NCBI GenBank assembly: GCA_038064515.1
Contig: JBBTSY010000005.1
Coordinates: 50,093 to 114,092 of the forward strand
Length of the DNA: 64,000 nt
Reading direction: 5' to 3'
DNA from: Patescibacteria group bacterium
GTDB taxonomy: Bacteria > Patescibacteriota > Minisyncoccia > 2-02-FULL-40-12 > GWA2-44-9
The notes under the pieces were generated by a model. It searched no databases. It saw only the letters and a program-made list of their open reading frames with translations, and was not told the DNA's origin. Of this stretch, positions 29,108-39,772 are shown piece after piece (positions within the stretch are counted from its first letter, which is position 1; every line of letters begins with the position of its first letter). The translations under genes and the position numbers were made by a program.

Positions 29108-30528
29108 GTGTGTCGAGGAAATAATACATCACCAGGTTTGATGGTAAGCGCGTCCCCTTCCCACACGATACGCTTGGTAATTTTTTCAGCGGTCTCCGGC
29201 ATGAATGGTTGGAGTAGAAACGCTACATTGTCCAGTAATGTGACCAGACTGAAAATGACATTCTTGTCTTCGCGTTTCCAGGCTTGTGTTGCATTTACAT
29301 ATGCGTCTCCGAATGCGAGCAATTCCCAAATGTGCGCAAGTGCCTCGTGAAGTTTGAACTGTCGTATCTTTTCATCAACAATCGCTTTTGTCTCCTTTAT
29401 TTTAAATTCAACTTTTTCAGTTACTTTTTCCTTTTCGGAGAATGTTTCTTTTGCGGCGAGTGTCAGCACGCGAGCAGTAAAATTACCAAGTCCATTTGCA
29501 AGATCGCTATTGTAGCGTTCTTTCAATTTTTCTTCGGAGAAATTACCATCTTCGCCATACGGAATTTCACGAAGCAAAAAATACCGGAGTACGTCAACGC
29601 CATATTTTTCAGCAAGACTAAGCGGATCGATGGCATTACCGAGGGATTTTGAGATCTTAACATTATCAACGGTAAAGAATCCATTCGCGACAATTTGTTT
29701 TGGAAGCGGCAATCCGGCAGAGAGAAGCATCGCAGGCCAGATTATGGCATGAAATCGGATAATATCTTTACCTACGGTTTGAATGTCAGCCGGATGCTCC
29801 TCCCACTGTTTCATTCCAATGCCAGAAATATAATTGATAAGCGCATCAAACCACACGTAGATTACGTGCTTTAGATCTGTTGGAACCGGGATTCCCCACT
29901 TTTGAGTTTCTCGAGAAATACTGAGATCATCGAGTCCTGCTTGAACAAAACTTTTTACTTCATGAAATCGACTTTCCGGAACAACAAAGTTTGGATGACT
30001 TTTATAAAACTCGAGAAGCTTATGCTGATATTTCGATAATCGAAAAAAGTAATTCTCCTCAACGAGGCGCTCTGGCTTTGTCTTGTGATCGGGACAAAGC
30101 TCATCAATGAGATCACTCTCTTTCATAAAAGCTTCGTGCCCCTTACAGTAGAGGCCCTCGTACTTTCCTTTATACATATCCCCTTTCTCATTGATTCGTT
30201 TCCAAATTTCCTCGACGACACTTCGATGACGCTCCTCCGTGGTGCGAATGAAATCGGTATTTGAGATCCCCAGTTTCTGCCATGTTTCTTTCCAAATCAC
30301 AGCGAGTCGATTCGTATACGCATCTATCGATTCCCCGCTTTTTTCCGCCGCAACAACCGTTTTCTGGGAATTCTCATCAGTGCCAGTAAGAAATGTGACG
30401 TCTCGCCCTTGAATACGGTTCAGGCGCGCAAGAACATCCGCCACGATTGTTGTGTAGGCGTGACCGATGTGTGGCCGATCATTTATGTAGTAGATCGGTG
30501 TTGTGATGTAGAATCTATTCTTCGACAT
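29104..30528 (-). CDS. metG: Methionine--tRNA ligase
   Basis: YITTPIYYIN..PHIGHAYT, TGTDE, YVWFDALINY, GKDIIRFH, KISKSLGN. Confidence 0.96.
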   Translation of the reverse strand: MSKNRFYITTPIYYINDRPHIGHAYTTIVADVLARLNRIQGRDVTFLTGTDENSQKTVVAAEKSGESIDAYTNRLAVIWKETWQKLGISNTDFIRTTEERHRSVVEEIWKRINEKGDMYKGKYEGLYCKGHEAFMKESDLIDELCPDHKTKPERLVEENYFFRLSKYQHKLLEFYKSHPNFVVPESRFHEVKSFVQAGLDDLSISRETQKWGIPVPTDLKHVIYVWFDALINYISGIGMKQWEEHPADIQTVGKDIIRFHAIIWPAMLLSAGLPLPKQIVANGFFTVDNVKISKSLGNAIDPLSLAEKYGVDVLRYFLLREIPYGEDGNFSEEKLKERYNSDLANGLGNFTARVLTLAAKETFSEKEKVTEKVEFKIKETKAIVDEKIRQFKLHEALAHIWELLAFGDAYVNATQAWKREDKNVIFSLVTLLDNVAFLLQPFMPETAEKITKRIVWEGDALTIKPGDVLFPRHT

Positions 30529-31210
30529 ATTTCTTTTTATAGCCGGGTCCGATGACGATCACAAACTCGCCGAGGAGATTGTCTTTTTGAAGCTTATGCG
30601 CTACCTCCTCAACCGTACCTCGATAAATCGTTTCAAATTGCTTCGTCAGCTCCCGAGCAACCATGATCGGTCGCTCTCCCAAGTGGGATACACTCTTTAA
30701 AGCTTCCAAAGCTTTCACCATTCTATGCTTTGACTCGTAAAAAACAAGTGTTTCCTGATGCAGTACAATCTCTTTAAAAAAGGTTTGCCGACCTTTCTTG
30801 TGCGGCGGGAATCCCAAGTAGGTAAAGGTATCGGCGGGGAAACCGCTTATGCTCAATGCAGTAGTGGCGGCATTTGCGCCAGGAATAGGCACAATTCGAA
30901 GATTGGGTAATGCCTCTAAAATTTTCTGGATTAAGAATGCGCCCGGATCGTTGATTCCCGGAGTCCCCGCGTCCGACACGAGTGCCAATTTCTTGCCTTC
31001 ACTCAAGAGTCCAATAATTGTATCTATTTTCCGAAGGGTGCTGTGCTGATGGTAACTGACAATATCCTTCTTGATGTTGTACCGATCCAGAAGAATTCGC
31101 GTAACACGCGTATCTTCAGCGACGATGAGATCAGCCGCATGTAATGCGCTTACAGCTCGGACGGAGAGATCATCAAGATTTCCGATTGGTGTTGCGACTA
31201 CGTAGAGCAT
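30515..31210 (-). CDS. rsmI: 16S rRNA (cytidine-2'-O)-methyltransferase RsmI
   Basis: LYVVATPIGNL, EDTR, VSDAGTPGINDPG, YESKHR, RELTK.FE. Start set at ATG 31210. Confidence 0.95.
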   Translation of the reverse strand: MLYVVATPIGNLDDLSVRAVSALHAADLIVAEDTRVTRILLDRYNIKKDIVSYHQHSTLRKIDTIIGLLSEGKKLALVSDAGTPGINDPGAFLIQKILEALPNLRIVPIPGANAATTALSISGFPADTFTYLGFPPHKKGRQTFFKEIVLHQETLVFYESKHRMVKALEALKSVSHLGERPIMVARELTKQFETIYRGTVEEVAHKLQKDNLLGEFVIVIGPGYKKKYVEE

Positions 31211-31211
31211 A

Positions 31212-32261
31212 TCATGCCGCAACGCGGCGAGATTCCTTATGCTTCGCCAGATCATCAATCATTTCGACGATAATGGTTGCAAGCGGAACACCCAAGATAG
31301 CTCCCGGAATTCCGGCAAGCTTCGCGCCAATAAGCAATGCGAGGATGACCACAACCGGATTGAGGCCGGTGGTCTTTCCGAGCACCAGTGGAACAAGGAT
31401 GTGATTTTCAATCTGTTGGACGGCGATAAATACGCCGAGCACCCACAGGCCTAGCGTCGGATTCTGCAAGAATGCAAACACCACGGCCGGAATAGCGGCC
31501 AGTACCGGGCCGGCAACGGGCACAATTTCAAGGATCATTGAGAGAATGCCGAATACAAGCGCAAATTTTACGCCCATCAATGAAAGGATAACGTACACCA
31601 TAAGCCCGACGATAAGCGCCAAGAGCATCTGCCCTTGAAGCCATCGCCCCACCTTCTGCTCGGAACGCTCCCAAAGATTAATAGCGTACGTTTCATATTT
31701 CTCGGGAACAACCGAAGAAAGGAAGCCCTCTACTCCGCGCTTCATCACCGAAAGATAGAACGAGATAATAATAATTCCTACGAATGAGAAAATGCCGCCG
31801 AATACACTGATAATAAATCCGATCGCCGATTGCGAGAACTGCTGAAGATAGTTACTAAACACATCGAGCATATTCTGCATCTCGCCGACAAAATCAAAAT
31901 ACCCAGGAGAGCCTTGTTGTACGGTATCAAGGGATGAAGAGAGTCTCTCCACGATTTTAGGAAATACGGTTGTCAGTTGCGACAATTCTTGAGAAACAAA
32001 CGGAATAATTAGCGAAAGGACGAATGCAAAAAGGCCAAAAACGGTTAGGTATAATAGAAGAACTCCCCAAAGGCGACCGATCCCCTTTTTCTCAAGCCAG
32101 GTGGCGAATGGTGAAATACCCGATGCAATAATAATCGCGAAAAATAGGATGATAAGAATGTCCTTTAAGAGATAGAGCAGGACAAAGAAGAGCACAATAA
32201 GAATAACTCTGAAAATACTTGCCGTTGAGATCTCTACGTGGATATGATTCTGGTCGGCCAT
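31212..32261 (-). CDS. AI-2E family transporter
   Basis: Multi-TM. WLQGQ, IVPVAGP, QQIENHILVP, GLNPVVVILALLIG motifs. Confidence 0.9.
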   Translation of the reverse strand: MADQNHIHVEISTASIFRVILIVLFFVLLYLLKDILIILFFAIIIASGISPFATWLEKKGIGRLWGVLLLYLTVFGLFAFVLSLIIPFVSQELSQLTTVFPKIVERLSSSLDTVQQGSPGYFDFVGEMQNMLDVFSNYLQQFSQSAIGFIISVFGGIFSFVGIIIISFYLSVMKRGVEGFLSSVVPEKYETYAINLWERSEQKVGRWLQGQMLLALIVGLMVYVILSLMGVKFALVFGILSMILEIVPVAGPVLAAIPAVVFAFLQNPTLGLWVLGVFIAVQQIENHILVPLVLGKTTGLNPVVVILALLIGAKLAGIPGAILGVPLATIIVEMIDDLAKHKESRRVAA

Positions 32262-32262
32262 G

Positions 32263-33546
32263 TTATATTTTTAATAGTCGCCTAAACGGCTCTTCATCTT
32301 TGAAGGGACCTATGAGAGCCAAATTGAGGTTTTTTCCATCAAATACTTCGCGCGCCACCTCGATAACCTCATCGCGTGTTACCAATTTAATCTTATCCAA
32401 TTCCTCCTCCGGCGTCAAAACACGATTTTCAAATAAGACCGATTCGGCGTACGACTCGGCGATATTATCCGATTCTTCAAGCGACAGGGCCATGTGGCCG
32501 GCAATCTGATCTTTCGCCTGCTGAAGTTCCTGTATCGTAATCCCCTCCTTCTTTACCTTGCGGATTTCTGCCAATATAACCTCAATCGATTCCAGCGCTT
32601 TTTTATTATTTACTCCGGCACTCACGCAGAAATAGCCTGAATCGGTATAGCAATGCTGGCCGGCGCGGATCGAATACGCCAAGCCGCGCTTCTCACGAAC
32701 TTCTTCCCACAAGCGTGAACTCGCTCCTCCGCCTAAAATAACACCAAGTAATCCAAGGGCATACTTTTTTTTGTCATACATGTGATACGCCCTAAATCCA
32801 AGATCAAGGGTGGTCTGGTCAGTCTTCTTATATTCAAGCAAAAGTGCGGGCTTTTCTTGGGATTCTTTCGTGGCGGGCTTGATCACCGAGGAACCATGGC
32901 GAATCGTAGAAGAATACCGTTCCGCTTTTTCTCGTACGTCATCCGGCTTAATATTTCCGGCTACGGCGACTACGGTATTCTCCGCGATGTAGTGCGTATT
33001 AAAGTATTCCATGAAATCTTTCCGCTCCAGCTTTTTAATAATTTCTTTAGTACCGGCAATATCCCATCCGGCTGGCTGATCGCCGTACAGAAGCCGCTCA
33101 AAGAGATCGCCGACATGCCGTGACGGCACATCATTACACATATTAATCTCTTCAATGATGACGCCCTTCTCCGTCTGGATATCGGCATCGTCCAGCTTAG
33201 AGTTGAGATAAATATCGAACACGACATCCATGAGCGAATCGAGCTTCAAAGCACTCGCCTTCGCATAGTAGCCGGTATATTCTTTGGTTGTAAACGCATT
33301 GTATTCGGCACCGAATGAATCAAGCTCGCGGGCAATGTCCATTTTTCCCGGACGCTTGGTCGTCCCCTTGAACACCATGTGCTCAAGGAAATGAGCGATG
33401 CCGTTATTTTCCTTTGTCTCATACTTTGATCCGGTTCCCACCAGAACATAGACTGCCACTGTCTTGGTCCCTTTCATCGGAACCGATACCAGCCGAAGGC
33501 CGGATTCAAAAGTATGAAACTGATAATTAGGATTTTTCTTGGTCAT
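32263..33546 (-). CDS. M16 family zinc peptidase (pitrilysin-like)
   Basis: GIAHFLEHMVFKGT (HxxEH), NAFT, SSRLWEEVREKRGLAY. Confidence 0.93.
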   Translation of the reverse strand: MTKKNPNYQFHTFESGLRLVSVPMKGTKTVAVYVLVGTGSKYETKENNGIAHFLEHMVFKGTTKRPGKMDIARELDSFGAEYNAFTTKEYTGYYAKASALKLDSLMDVVFDIYLNSKLDDADIQTEKGVIIEEINMCNDVPSRHVGDLFERLLYGDQPAGWDIAGTKEIIKKLERKDFMEYFNTHYIAENTVVAVAGNIKPDDVREKAERYSSTIRHGSSVIKPATKESQEKPALLLEYKKTDQTTLDLGFRAYHMYDKKKYALGLLGVILGGGASSRLWEEVREKRGLAYSIRAGQHCYTDSGYFCVSAGVNNKKALESIEVILAEIRKVKKEGITIQELQQAKDQIAGHMALSLEESDNIAESYAESVLFENRVLTPEEELDKIKLVTRDEVIEVAREVFDGKNLNLALIGPFKDEEPFRRLLKI

Positions 33547-33560
33547 ATCAAAAGCTTGAA

Positions 33561-33635
33561 TGGTGCCGGTGGGAAGAGTCGAACTTCCGTTTGATCGTTA
33601 TGAGTGACCCGTTCTAACCGTTGAACTACGCCGGC
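33561..33635 (-). tRNA. tRNA with CAT anticodon (elongator Met or Ile2)
   Basis: GCCGGCG...CTCATAA...GTTCGAC...CACCGGCACCA cloverleaf with encoded CCA. Confidence 0.88.
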
Positions 33636-33741
33636 GCATCATATATAAAGCACCTGAATTCTACATGAAAGCTCGGGTTTTTTCAATAAATACAGCTTGC
33701 CAGTAATAATCTAATAGGATATAATCACTAGGTCATTATAT

Positions 33742-33812
33742 CGCGGGGTAGAGAAACGGCATCTTGCAGGGCTCATAACCCTGAGTTCCGGGTTCGAATC
33801 CCGGCCCCGCAA
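33742..33812 (+). tRNA. Initiator tRNA-fMet (CAT)
   Basis: C1-A72 mismatch, GGG/CCC at the base of the anticodon stem, CTCATAA loop, GGTTCGAATCC. CCA not encoded. Confidence 0.93.
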
Positions 33813-33817
33813 CATTA

Positions 33818-33858
33818 AGTAAATCAAGGCCACCCTTCTGGGGTGGTTTTGATTTACT
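33818..33858. terminator. Hairpin downstream of tRNA-fMet
   Basis: AGTAAATCAAGGCCACCC...GGGTGGTTTTGATTTACT inverted repeat. Confidence 0.6.
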
Positions 33859-33962
33859 TCCATGTCTGCGGAGGGAGCGAGATACTTGAGTATCTCGCGT
33901 CGGGATTCGAAAGCCGGAGCAATGCCGTATGAGCAATTGGCGAATCGCAAAAAGTTTTCTTT

Positions 33963-34457
33963 CTACTTCTGTAATAAAATCTGGCCGACATTCACGGCCG
34001 CACCGCAGTTAAGATTAAGGGTCTTGGGCAATACGGCACTGCTGACAGTTACAAGCTTATACCCGTAGCCGCCCAGGGAATGCTGAACTCCCCCTACCGT
34101 AACAATGCGCGCGTCGCCGGAACGATTATCGAGCATGATCGTGGTATCGTTCTTAAATGTGGCGCTTCTTGGATTTGCCTGACAATACTGATCGAATTGA
34201 ATCCGCTTTCCGACATACTGATCAACAAGCTGGCCATACGTACCGGCGGACACCGTTGCTTTAGGAGTTGCTTTTACCGAAGACTTCGGTGTTGCGCTTG
34301 TGGATATGCTCGGAGTAGGAGAAGAAGAGACTAAAGTCAATGGGCCTAAGTTCAGATTATCTACGAGCTTCTTTATAGAACCGTCCTTCTGCTGAATCGC
34401 CCAGAAAGCAATCAGCGCCGCCACCACAACCGCTCCCCACAAATATTGTTTTTTCAT
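33963..34457 (-). CDS. Membrane-anchored hypothetical protein with S/T/P linker
   Basis: TM, low-complexity linker, small Cys-pair beta domain. Start set at MKKQY. Confidence 0.65.
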   Translation of the reverse strand: MKKQYLWGAVVVAALIAFWAIQQKDGSIKKLVDNLNLGPLTLVSSSPTPSISTSATPKSSVKATPKATVSAGTYGQLVDQYVGKRIQFDQYCQANPRSATFKNDTTIMLDNRSGDARIVTVGGVQHSLGGYGYKLVTVSSAVLPKTLNLNCGAAVNVGQILLQK

Positions 34458-34554
34458 AGTTTGGGCGTTCGAGAGAAAAAGTAACTGCTCCCGCACGCGA
34501 TATCTATATATTATACAACATTTCAGAAACTACGAAGAGAGAATGTTGATAAAC

Positions 34555-36369
34555 CTAGAAGGCTGGCGTAGGAGTAATCGGTGGCGCCGGAGAAGAAGAG
34601 GGCATCACGCCGCCCGTGCCCACAAGATATCGGGCCGGCCAGCGGCGGTAATAACTCCTGAATTCTTGAGTCTTCACTTTGCCGTCCGGATACGTAACGG
34701 AGTATATGGCCACGGCGCTGCCTCCGGCATGCGCTGTTTCAATCTGCTTGGTTACTCCCGCCGGCAAAGTATCCGTCTCTGCATAAATCGGATCTCCTGC
34801 AGGAATAGTGCTAAGAAGCGTCGGACCTTTTATGCTCGCTTTACGCCCATCATGCGTACCATACAGTTCAAACGTTAAAGTATCTCGAAGTACATACGCA
34901 TATATAAGAATGGTGGCACTGGTATCATTTTTGAATTTGAGATCCGGATTAGGCTGGTAGATCGTCGCATCTAGACCGGGACCGATATAGCGGCCAGCGC
35001 CGTCCTTTTCATAATATGAGACTCGATAGCTGTGGTTTTGGCGGGCAGTAATCGGTAAACCCGCGTTGAGAATGGCTCGGAAAAGCGTTGTGGAAACTTG
35101 GCATAATCCTCCGCCAAATTCAGGAATCGTCCGATTCTCTTTAATTACAAGTTCGGGAAGATAGCCGGTGGTGTTATCAACTGTGCCCAGCGTTTTAATC
35201 GTCGAAAATTCTTCTCCGGGCGGCACCAATATGCCCGATAAGAAGCGGACGCCGTTTTGAATATTGCTCCTGCGATTAGCCGGACTGCCCGCAAATGTGG
35301 TAGTGGCTTTGCCAAGCAGTTCGACAATGCCCTGGGGTCCGTTAATTACATTGGAAACCGGCTTCGTTGTTTTTATCGGCATCACAATCGCAGTCTTGGA
35401 AGCTGGCTTCGTGCGGCGAAGCTCTATCTCGGCAATGATAAGATCAATCGTGCGATCCTCCTCAAGCGCTTGTCCCGAACGAGGCGGCCTGAATTCCGAT
35501 ACTTTTCCGTCTTCGATTCGTATCACCGGCTGTTGAGCCACTATATTCAGCTGACTCGCCAAAGTGGTGACATACTGCGCAATCCTCTCTCGATCAGCGG
35601 CCGGCACCAAATTATTCTCATCGGAACCAGATTTAATCCATTGGCCCAGTTGAGATTGGGAGATGGTAAATGATTCAGTTTCGGCTTGGAGCTGTAAAGG
35701 AGCGGCGAGTATACGCTTAGCTTGGCGTTGAGCTTCCGTAATTGATGCCGAATTGCGTACTGGTATGTCATCTTGAAGCGTAAGGACGATGGGCATCAGA
35801 TTGAGCTGTGCCATTGATGCCTTTGTCGCCGCTACTGCTTGATCACGATTGATAATTTGCCCCACTTTTGTATCGGTTAAAACCGCAACCTGCGTTCCTT
35901 CAATTTTAAATCGAATGTCTTTACCTGGATTATCAAAAATTTCTGCAATGGCGTTAATCTGTTCCTGCAACGCTTCCGCATCTATTACAAGTTCCGTCTC
36001 CGCAAAGGTGTTCAGAAATGGGGCGCGCAACCGAGCCCACAATTGAGTGCGCCAATCTCCCTCCCGACCGACGGTAAAAGCGCGAGCGACGAACCTTTCC
36101 GCACCCATATCCGCGTTAATTTCGTCTAAAGGAATGGATTCTGACTTTTCCCCCACCTGCAAAATCACGCCTTGCTCGCGAAAGGATTGCAAATGACTTT
36201 CGACGGCCCGTACCGCATCGGCGCGGTTTAAACTACCCACGGGAACAATTCCGATTGAAACGCGAGGAAATATTTTGCCCGCATACGCAAGCGAATATGC
36301 GCCAAAAGCGCCGCCAATGACGGCGACGGCGATGAGGACAGCCATGATGAGTTTCCGAAGGGTATCCAT
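34555..36369 (-). CDS. VanW-family protein (PG-binding repeats, VanW and G5 domains)
   Basis: N-terminal TM. GILVPPGEEFS, GGGLCQVSTTLFRA, RQNHSYRVSYYE, GLDATIY, DLKFKNDT. Confidence 0.9.
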   Translation of the reverse strand: MDTLRKLIMAVLIAVAVIGGAFGAYSLAYAGKIFPRVSIGIVPVGSLNRADAVRAVESHLQSFREQGVILQVGEKSESIPLDEINADMGAERFVARAFTVGREGDWRTQLWARLRAPFLNTFAETELVIDAEALQEQINAIAEIFDNPGKDIRFKIEGTQVAVLTDTKVGQIINRDQAVAATKASMAQLNLMPIVLTLQDDIPVRNSASITEAQRQAKRILAAPLQLQAETESFTISQSQLGQWIKSGSDENNLVPAADRERIAQYVTTLASQLNIVAQQPVIRIEDGKVSEFRPPRSGQALEEDRTIDLIIAEIELRRTKPASKTAIVMPIKTTKPVSNVINGPQGIVELLGKATTTFAGSPANRRSNIQNGVRFLSGILVPPGEEFSTIKTLGTVDNTTGYLPELVIKENRTIPEFGGGLCQVSTTLFRAILNAGLPITARQNHSYRVSYYEKDGAGRYIGPGLDATIYQPNPDLKFKNDTSATILIYAYVLRDTLTFELYGTHDGRKASIKGPTLLSTIPAGDPIYAETDTLPAGVTKQIETAHAGGSAVAIYSVTYPDGKVKTQEFRSYYRRWPARYLVGTGGVMPSSSPAPPITPTPAF

Positions 36370-36371
36370 CG

Positions 36372-37049
36372 TTATATTGCTCCCAGTTCTTTCAGCGCCA
36401 TCCGATATTGATCAACGGCATGCTTAGCTTCAGTATAGCGAAGAAAATAGTTGAAGTCATGCGCTATGTGATTTCGAACCTTATGAGCTTCCCAAAGGCT
36501 GTCGAGACTTTGAAGCTGATCTTGATTCATAAGTGTTAATCTCTCTCCCAGCGTATCGCCGGGAAATCCGCTTTTCTTCAAAACCTGCTCGATCAACTTA
36601 TCCGCTTCGATAATCGCAAACTTCCACTCGGCTTCTTTAACTGAATCCATATGCCTCATAATTTCTTCCCAGCGCGATATCATTGGACCTCCCGCCGCCG
36701 GTTCCGGCGGACTAATCTCGCTTGCAAGTCCCGCAAGTGAAGATTCTTTCTGATTGAGTGGCCTCAAACGAAGCCAGATTGACATAAAAAGAATCACAAG
36801 AATAAGCGAAACGAAAAAGGAAATAGTCTTCAGTATCTCTACGAAATTATACGGCAAGCCATAGATCCAGTCTCCTGCGTTGATGTCACCCAAACGATAC
36901 TCGCCAAAACCGGCAGAAGCGACATTGAAAGCCGCATAGCCTTTCAATAATCCGTCTCGCGTAGCGACAAAAACATGATCAATTCCCGGGTGGGCGAGGC
37001 TAAACGCCTCATTAAGCATCGCGTTGGGATCTAGGTTGAGGTTAATCAT
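36372..37049 (-). CDS. Conserved hypothetical membrane protein
   Basis: TM then RWEEI...AIIEADKL...GDTLGERL...[13 protein letters not shown] helical domain. ATGA-coupled to gatA. Confidence 0.75.
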   Translation of the reverse strand: MINLNLDPNAMLNEAFSLAHPGIDHVFVATRDGLLKGYAAFNVASAGFGEYRLGDINAGDWIYGLPYNFVEILKTISFFVSLILVILFMSIWLRLRPLNQKESSLAGLASEISPPEPAAGGPMISRWEEIMRHMDSVKEAEWKFAIIEADKLIEQVLKKSGFPGDTLGERLTLMNQDQLQSLDSLWEAHKVRNHIAHDFNYFLRYTEAKHAVDQYRMALKELGAI

Positions 37050-38455
37050 ACAAGCGCTCGTTCGAGGTTCGCCGCCGCTTGCAGGACGGTTCCCTCGTCA
37101 AAAAGTTTACCGATAATTTGAAATCCTACGGGCAGATTGCTTTCTGATCCCATTCCGCACGGAATGGAGATCGCCGGCAAACCGGCAAGGTTAACCGGCA
37201 CCGTATATATATCGGAAAGATACATCGCCAGAGGATCTTCCGATTTCTCACCGGCCTTGAACGCTACGGTCGGAGCAGTGGGACCTACGATCACGTCTAC
37301 ACTCCTGAATGCTTCGTCAAAATCTTTTTTTATCAGCGCCCGGACCTTCTGGGCCTTCAGGTAATAGGCATCATAGTACCCGGAAGAAAGCGCATACGTG
37401 CCGAGCATAATTCGGCGCTTCGGTTCGGCGCCAAAGCCTTCCGCGCGAGATGCCAAGTACGTATCAAGGAGCGCCTCCCCCTTCTGCGACGAATGGCCGT
37501 AACGGATGCCATCAAAGCGAGCAAGATTCGCCGATACTTCAGACGGCATAATAATGTAGTAGACCGCGAGAGCGTACTCTGTATGGGGTAATGATATTTC
37601 ATGAATAGTCGCTCCCGCTTCCCGAAGCAGTTCGATGGAAGTCAGAACCTTCGCTGACACTTCTTTATCTAATCCTCCTCCAAAAAATTCTTTGGGCACT
37701 CCTACGCGCAATCCTTTGATATCTTTTTCTAAATTTATGGCAAAATCAGGCATGTCTCGGGAAACCGTCGTCGAATCAAATATATCATGGCCGGCAATGG
37801 CATTCATAACTAATGCCGCATCGGCCACGGTTTTTGTAATCGGCCCGATCTGATCCAGCGAAGAAGCCATGGCAATCAACCCGTGCCGTGAAACACGGCC
37901 ATATGTCGGTTTTAATCCCACCACGCCACAGAATGCGGCTGGCTGACGAATCGAACCACCGGTATCAGAACCGAGCGCAAAGACACAAAGATCCGCCGCC
38001 ACGGCCGCCGCCGATCCGCCGGAAGAACCGCCTGGGACCCGGGAAACATCCAACGGGTTTTTCACCGTGCCGAAGGCGGAGTTTTCCGTGGACGATCCCA
38101 TGGCAAATTCATCCATGTTTGTTTTTCCCAAAAATGAAACGCCGGCTTTTTTTAATTTCTTAATCGCCGTCGCGTCGTATGCCGAAACATAATTCTCCAG
38201 AATCTTTGATCCGGCGGTGGCAATTTCCCCTTCTATCAGCATGTTGTCCTTAATAGCGCATGGCACTCCCGCTAAATCGCCCTCCCTGGCCGGGTAGGCC
38301 CCATGCTCTGCGAATTTAAAAGTAGAGAGGTATGCGTTCAAATCTTTCTTTTCCTCGATCTTTTTTTGATACTCATCAAAAATTTCCCGTGCTGAAAAAT
38401 CGCCTACGGCGATGCCCTTGCGAGCGGATTCGATAGTGTGTCCGATGTCTGCCAT
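37046..38455 (-). CDS. gatA: Asp/Glu-tRNA amidotransferase subunit A
   Basis: [65 protein letters not shown]. Confidence 0.97.
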   Translation of the reverse strand: MADIGHTIESARKGIAVGDFSAREIFDEYQKKIEEKKDLNAYLSTFKFAEHGAYPAREGDLAGVPCAIKDNMLIEGEIATAGSKILENYVSAYDATAIKKLKKAGVSFLGKTNMDEFAMGSSTENSAFGTVKNPLDVSRVPGGSSGGSAAAVAADLCVFALGSDTGGSIRQPAAFCGVVGLKPTYGRVSRHGLIAMASSLDQIGPITKTVADAALVMNAIAGHDIFDSTTVSRDMPDFAINLEKDIKGLRVGVPKEFFGGGLDKEVSAKVLTSIELLREAGATIHEISLPHTEYALAVYYIIMPSEVSANLARFDGIRYGHSSQKGEALLDTYLASRAEGFGAEPKRRIMLGTYALSSGYYDAYYLKAQKVRALIKKDFDEAFRSVDVIVGPTAPTVAFKAGEKSEDPLAMYLSDIYTVPVNLAGLPAISIPCGMGSESNLPVGFQIIGKLFDEGTVLQAAANLERALV

Positions 38456-38757
38456 TATTTTCTCAAAACTGGCTTAACTTTTACAAAATGACCTTTGGTA
38501 TCTGGCACCTGACCAATTAACAACTCGTTGAGTTTCTCATCCATGATAAATGAAGGGCGCGACTCATCAGGACGGAGGACATTCACTAAGCCGGTCGTTT
38601 GATAGAGCGGCGCCACCTGTTCCGTATCCACTCGTTTAAGTGTTTCAATGTAATCCAAAATCGAAGAGAGCTCTTTTTTGAACTTTTCTTCTTCCTGACT
38701 CGTCAACTTGATACGCGCCAGCGTGGCGATATGTTGGACTTCCTTATCGGAAAGCAT
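38455..38757 (-). CDS. gatC: Asp/Glu-tRNA amidotransferase subunit C
   Basis: [11 protein letters not shown]...[15 protein letters not shown]...NVLRPD...FVKV. Immediately upstream of gatA. ATG 38757 overlaps the RT 3' end. Confidence 0.92.
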   Translation of the reverse strand: MLSDKEVQHIATLARIKLTSQEEEKFKKELSSILDYIETLKRVDTEQVAPLYQTTGLVNVLRPDESRPSFIMDEKLNELLIGQVPDTKGHFVKVKPVLRK

Positions 38758-39772
38758 GATTAGTGATGTTGTTGATTTCCTCCACGATACCATAACTGTT
38801 GCAGTGTTTCAAAACGCCGAGGTATGATTGGAGCGACTGTTTCGGAACTCCAGCTGTGACACTTCTCAAAATCCTCTTTTTTGTCTTCGTCCGCAACGTC
38901 CGGCAGTATGGCCGCACGACATATCCAAGAAAATCAATTCCTTGCCGATAACTTCGTACAATAATCTTCTCGGGGTGCAGGGTAAGCTTAAGCTTATGCT
39001 CAAGAAATTCCCGGAATAACGAAACGAAAATAACTGCTTCATCACGACTCTCGATAAGTATAATGAAGTCGTCGCAATACCGAATGTAACAATGGAGCTT
39101 CAGCGTGTGCTTTGCAAACTGATCCAGTTCATTCAAATATATATTTGCAAAAAGCTGGCTAGTTACATTCCCAAGTGGCAATCCTCTTCTGCTCTCCTTT
39201 TCAAAACTTTCTAAGATGCGCCGCACAAGCCACATCACGTCAGGATCAGCCACTCTTTGTTCCATCAAGCGAAACAGAATTTCGTGATCGATAGAATCAA
39301 AAAACTTCTGTACGTCGCATTTCAGAGCAAAAATGTTTTTGCGATTATTTCTACTGAACTTGCGAGCAAACTCTTCTAACCGCGTAACACCGCGATGGGT
39401 TCCTTTACCCACCCGGCATGCGTAGGAATCAAAAATAAACAAACGGTCAAAGAGTGGGTACAAAACTCTGAAAATGGCCCGATGCAATACCCGATCACGA
39501 ACCGTAGCTTTGTGGATATGCCGCAGTTTTGGATCAGTCACATAAAATGGCGTATACTGACCGTGGGTGTATCGCCTATTCTGTAACTGTTCGTGCAAAC
39601 TAAAGAGTTCGTCTTCTAACGCGAAGGTAAATGCTTGTACATCGTGTCTTGATTGTTTGCATCGTTTGAATTCTTGCCACGCTGATACCAGATTCTCCAG
39701 GCTCGAGATTTGATTAAATAAACTATGTCCCTCATTAAGCCCCCCCCCAAGGATTCCGTTCCCCTCATTCAT
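38744..39772 (-). CDS. DGR reverse transcriptase
   Basis: RDRVLHRA, DSYACRVGKGTH, LKCDVQKFFDSIDH, GLPLGNVTSQLFANIYL (DGR-type SQ motif), YIRYCDDF, GIDFLGY. No maturase or endonuclease domain. Confidence 0.95.
   Translation of the reverse strand: MNEGNGILGGGLNEGHSLFNQISSLENLVSAWQEFKRCKQSRHDVQAFTFALEDELFSLHEQLQNRRYTHGQYTPFYVTDPKLRHIHKATVRDRVLHRAIFRVLYPLFDRLFIFDSYACRVGKGTHRGVTRLEEFARKFSRNNRKNIFALKCDVQKFFDSIDHEILFRLMEQRVADPDVMWLVRRILESFEKESRRGLPLGNVTSQLFANIYLNELDQFAKHTLKLHCYIRYCDDFIILIESRDEAVIFVSLFREFLEHKLKLTLHPEKIIVRSYRQGIDFLGYVVRPYCRTLRTKTKKRILRSVTAGVPKQSLQSYLGVLKHCNSYGIVEEINNITNHAFR

Noticed and set aside
38744-39772. RT as group II intron, retron or CRISPR-associated RT
   Set aside because: It has the DGR-type GNxxSQ motif, no maturase domain or retron VTG motif, and an Avd plus TR/VR pair adjacent.
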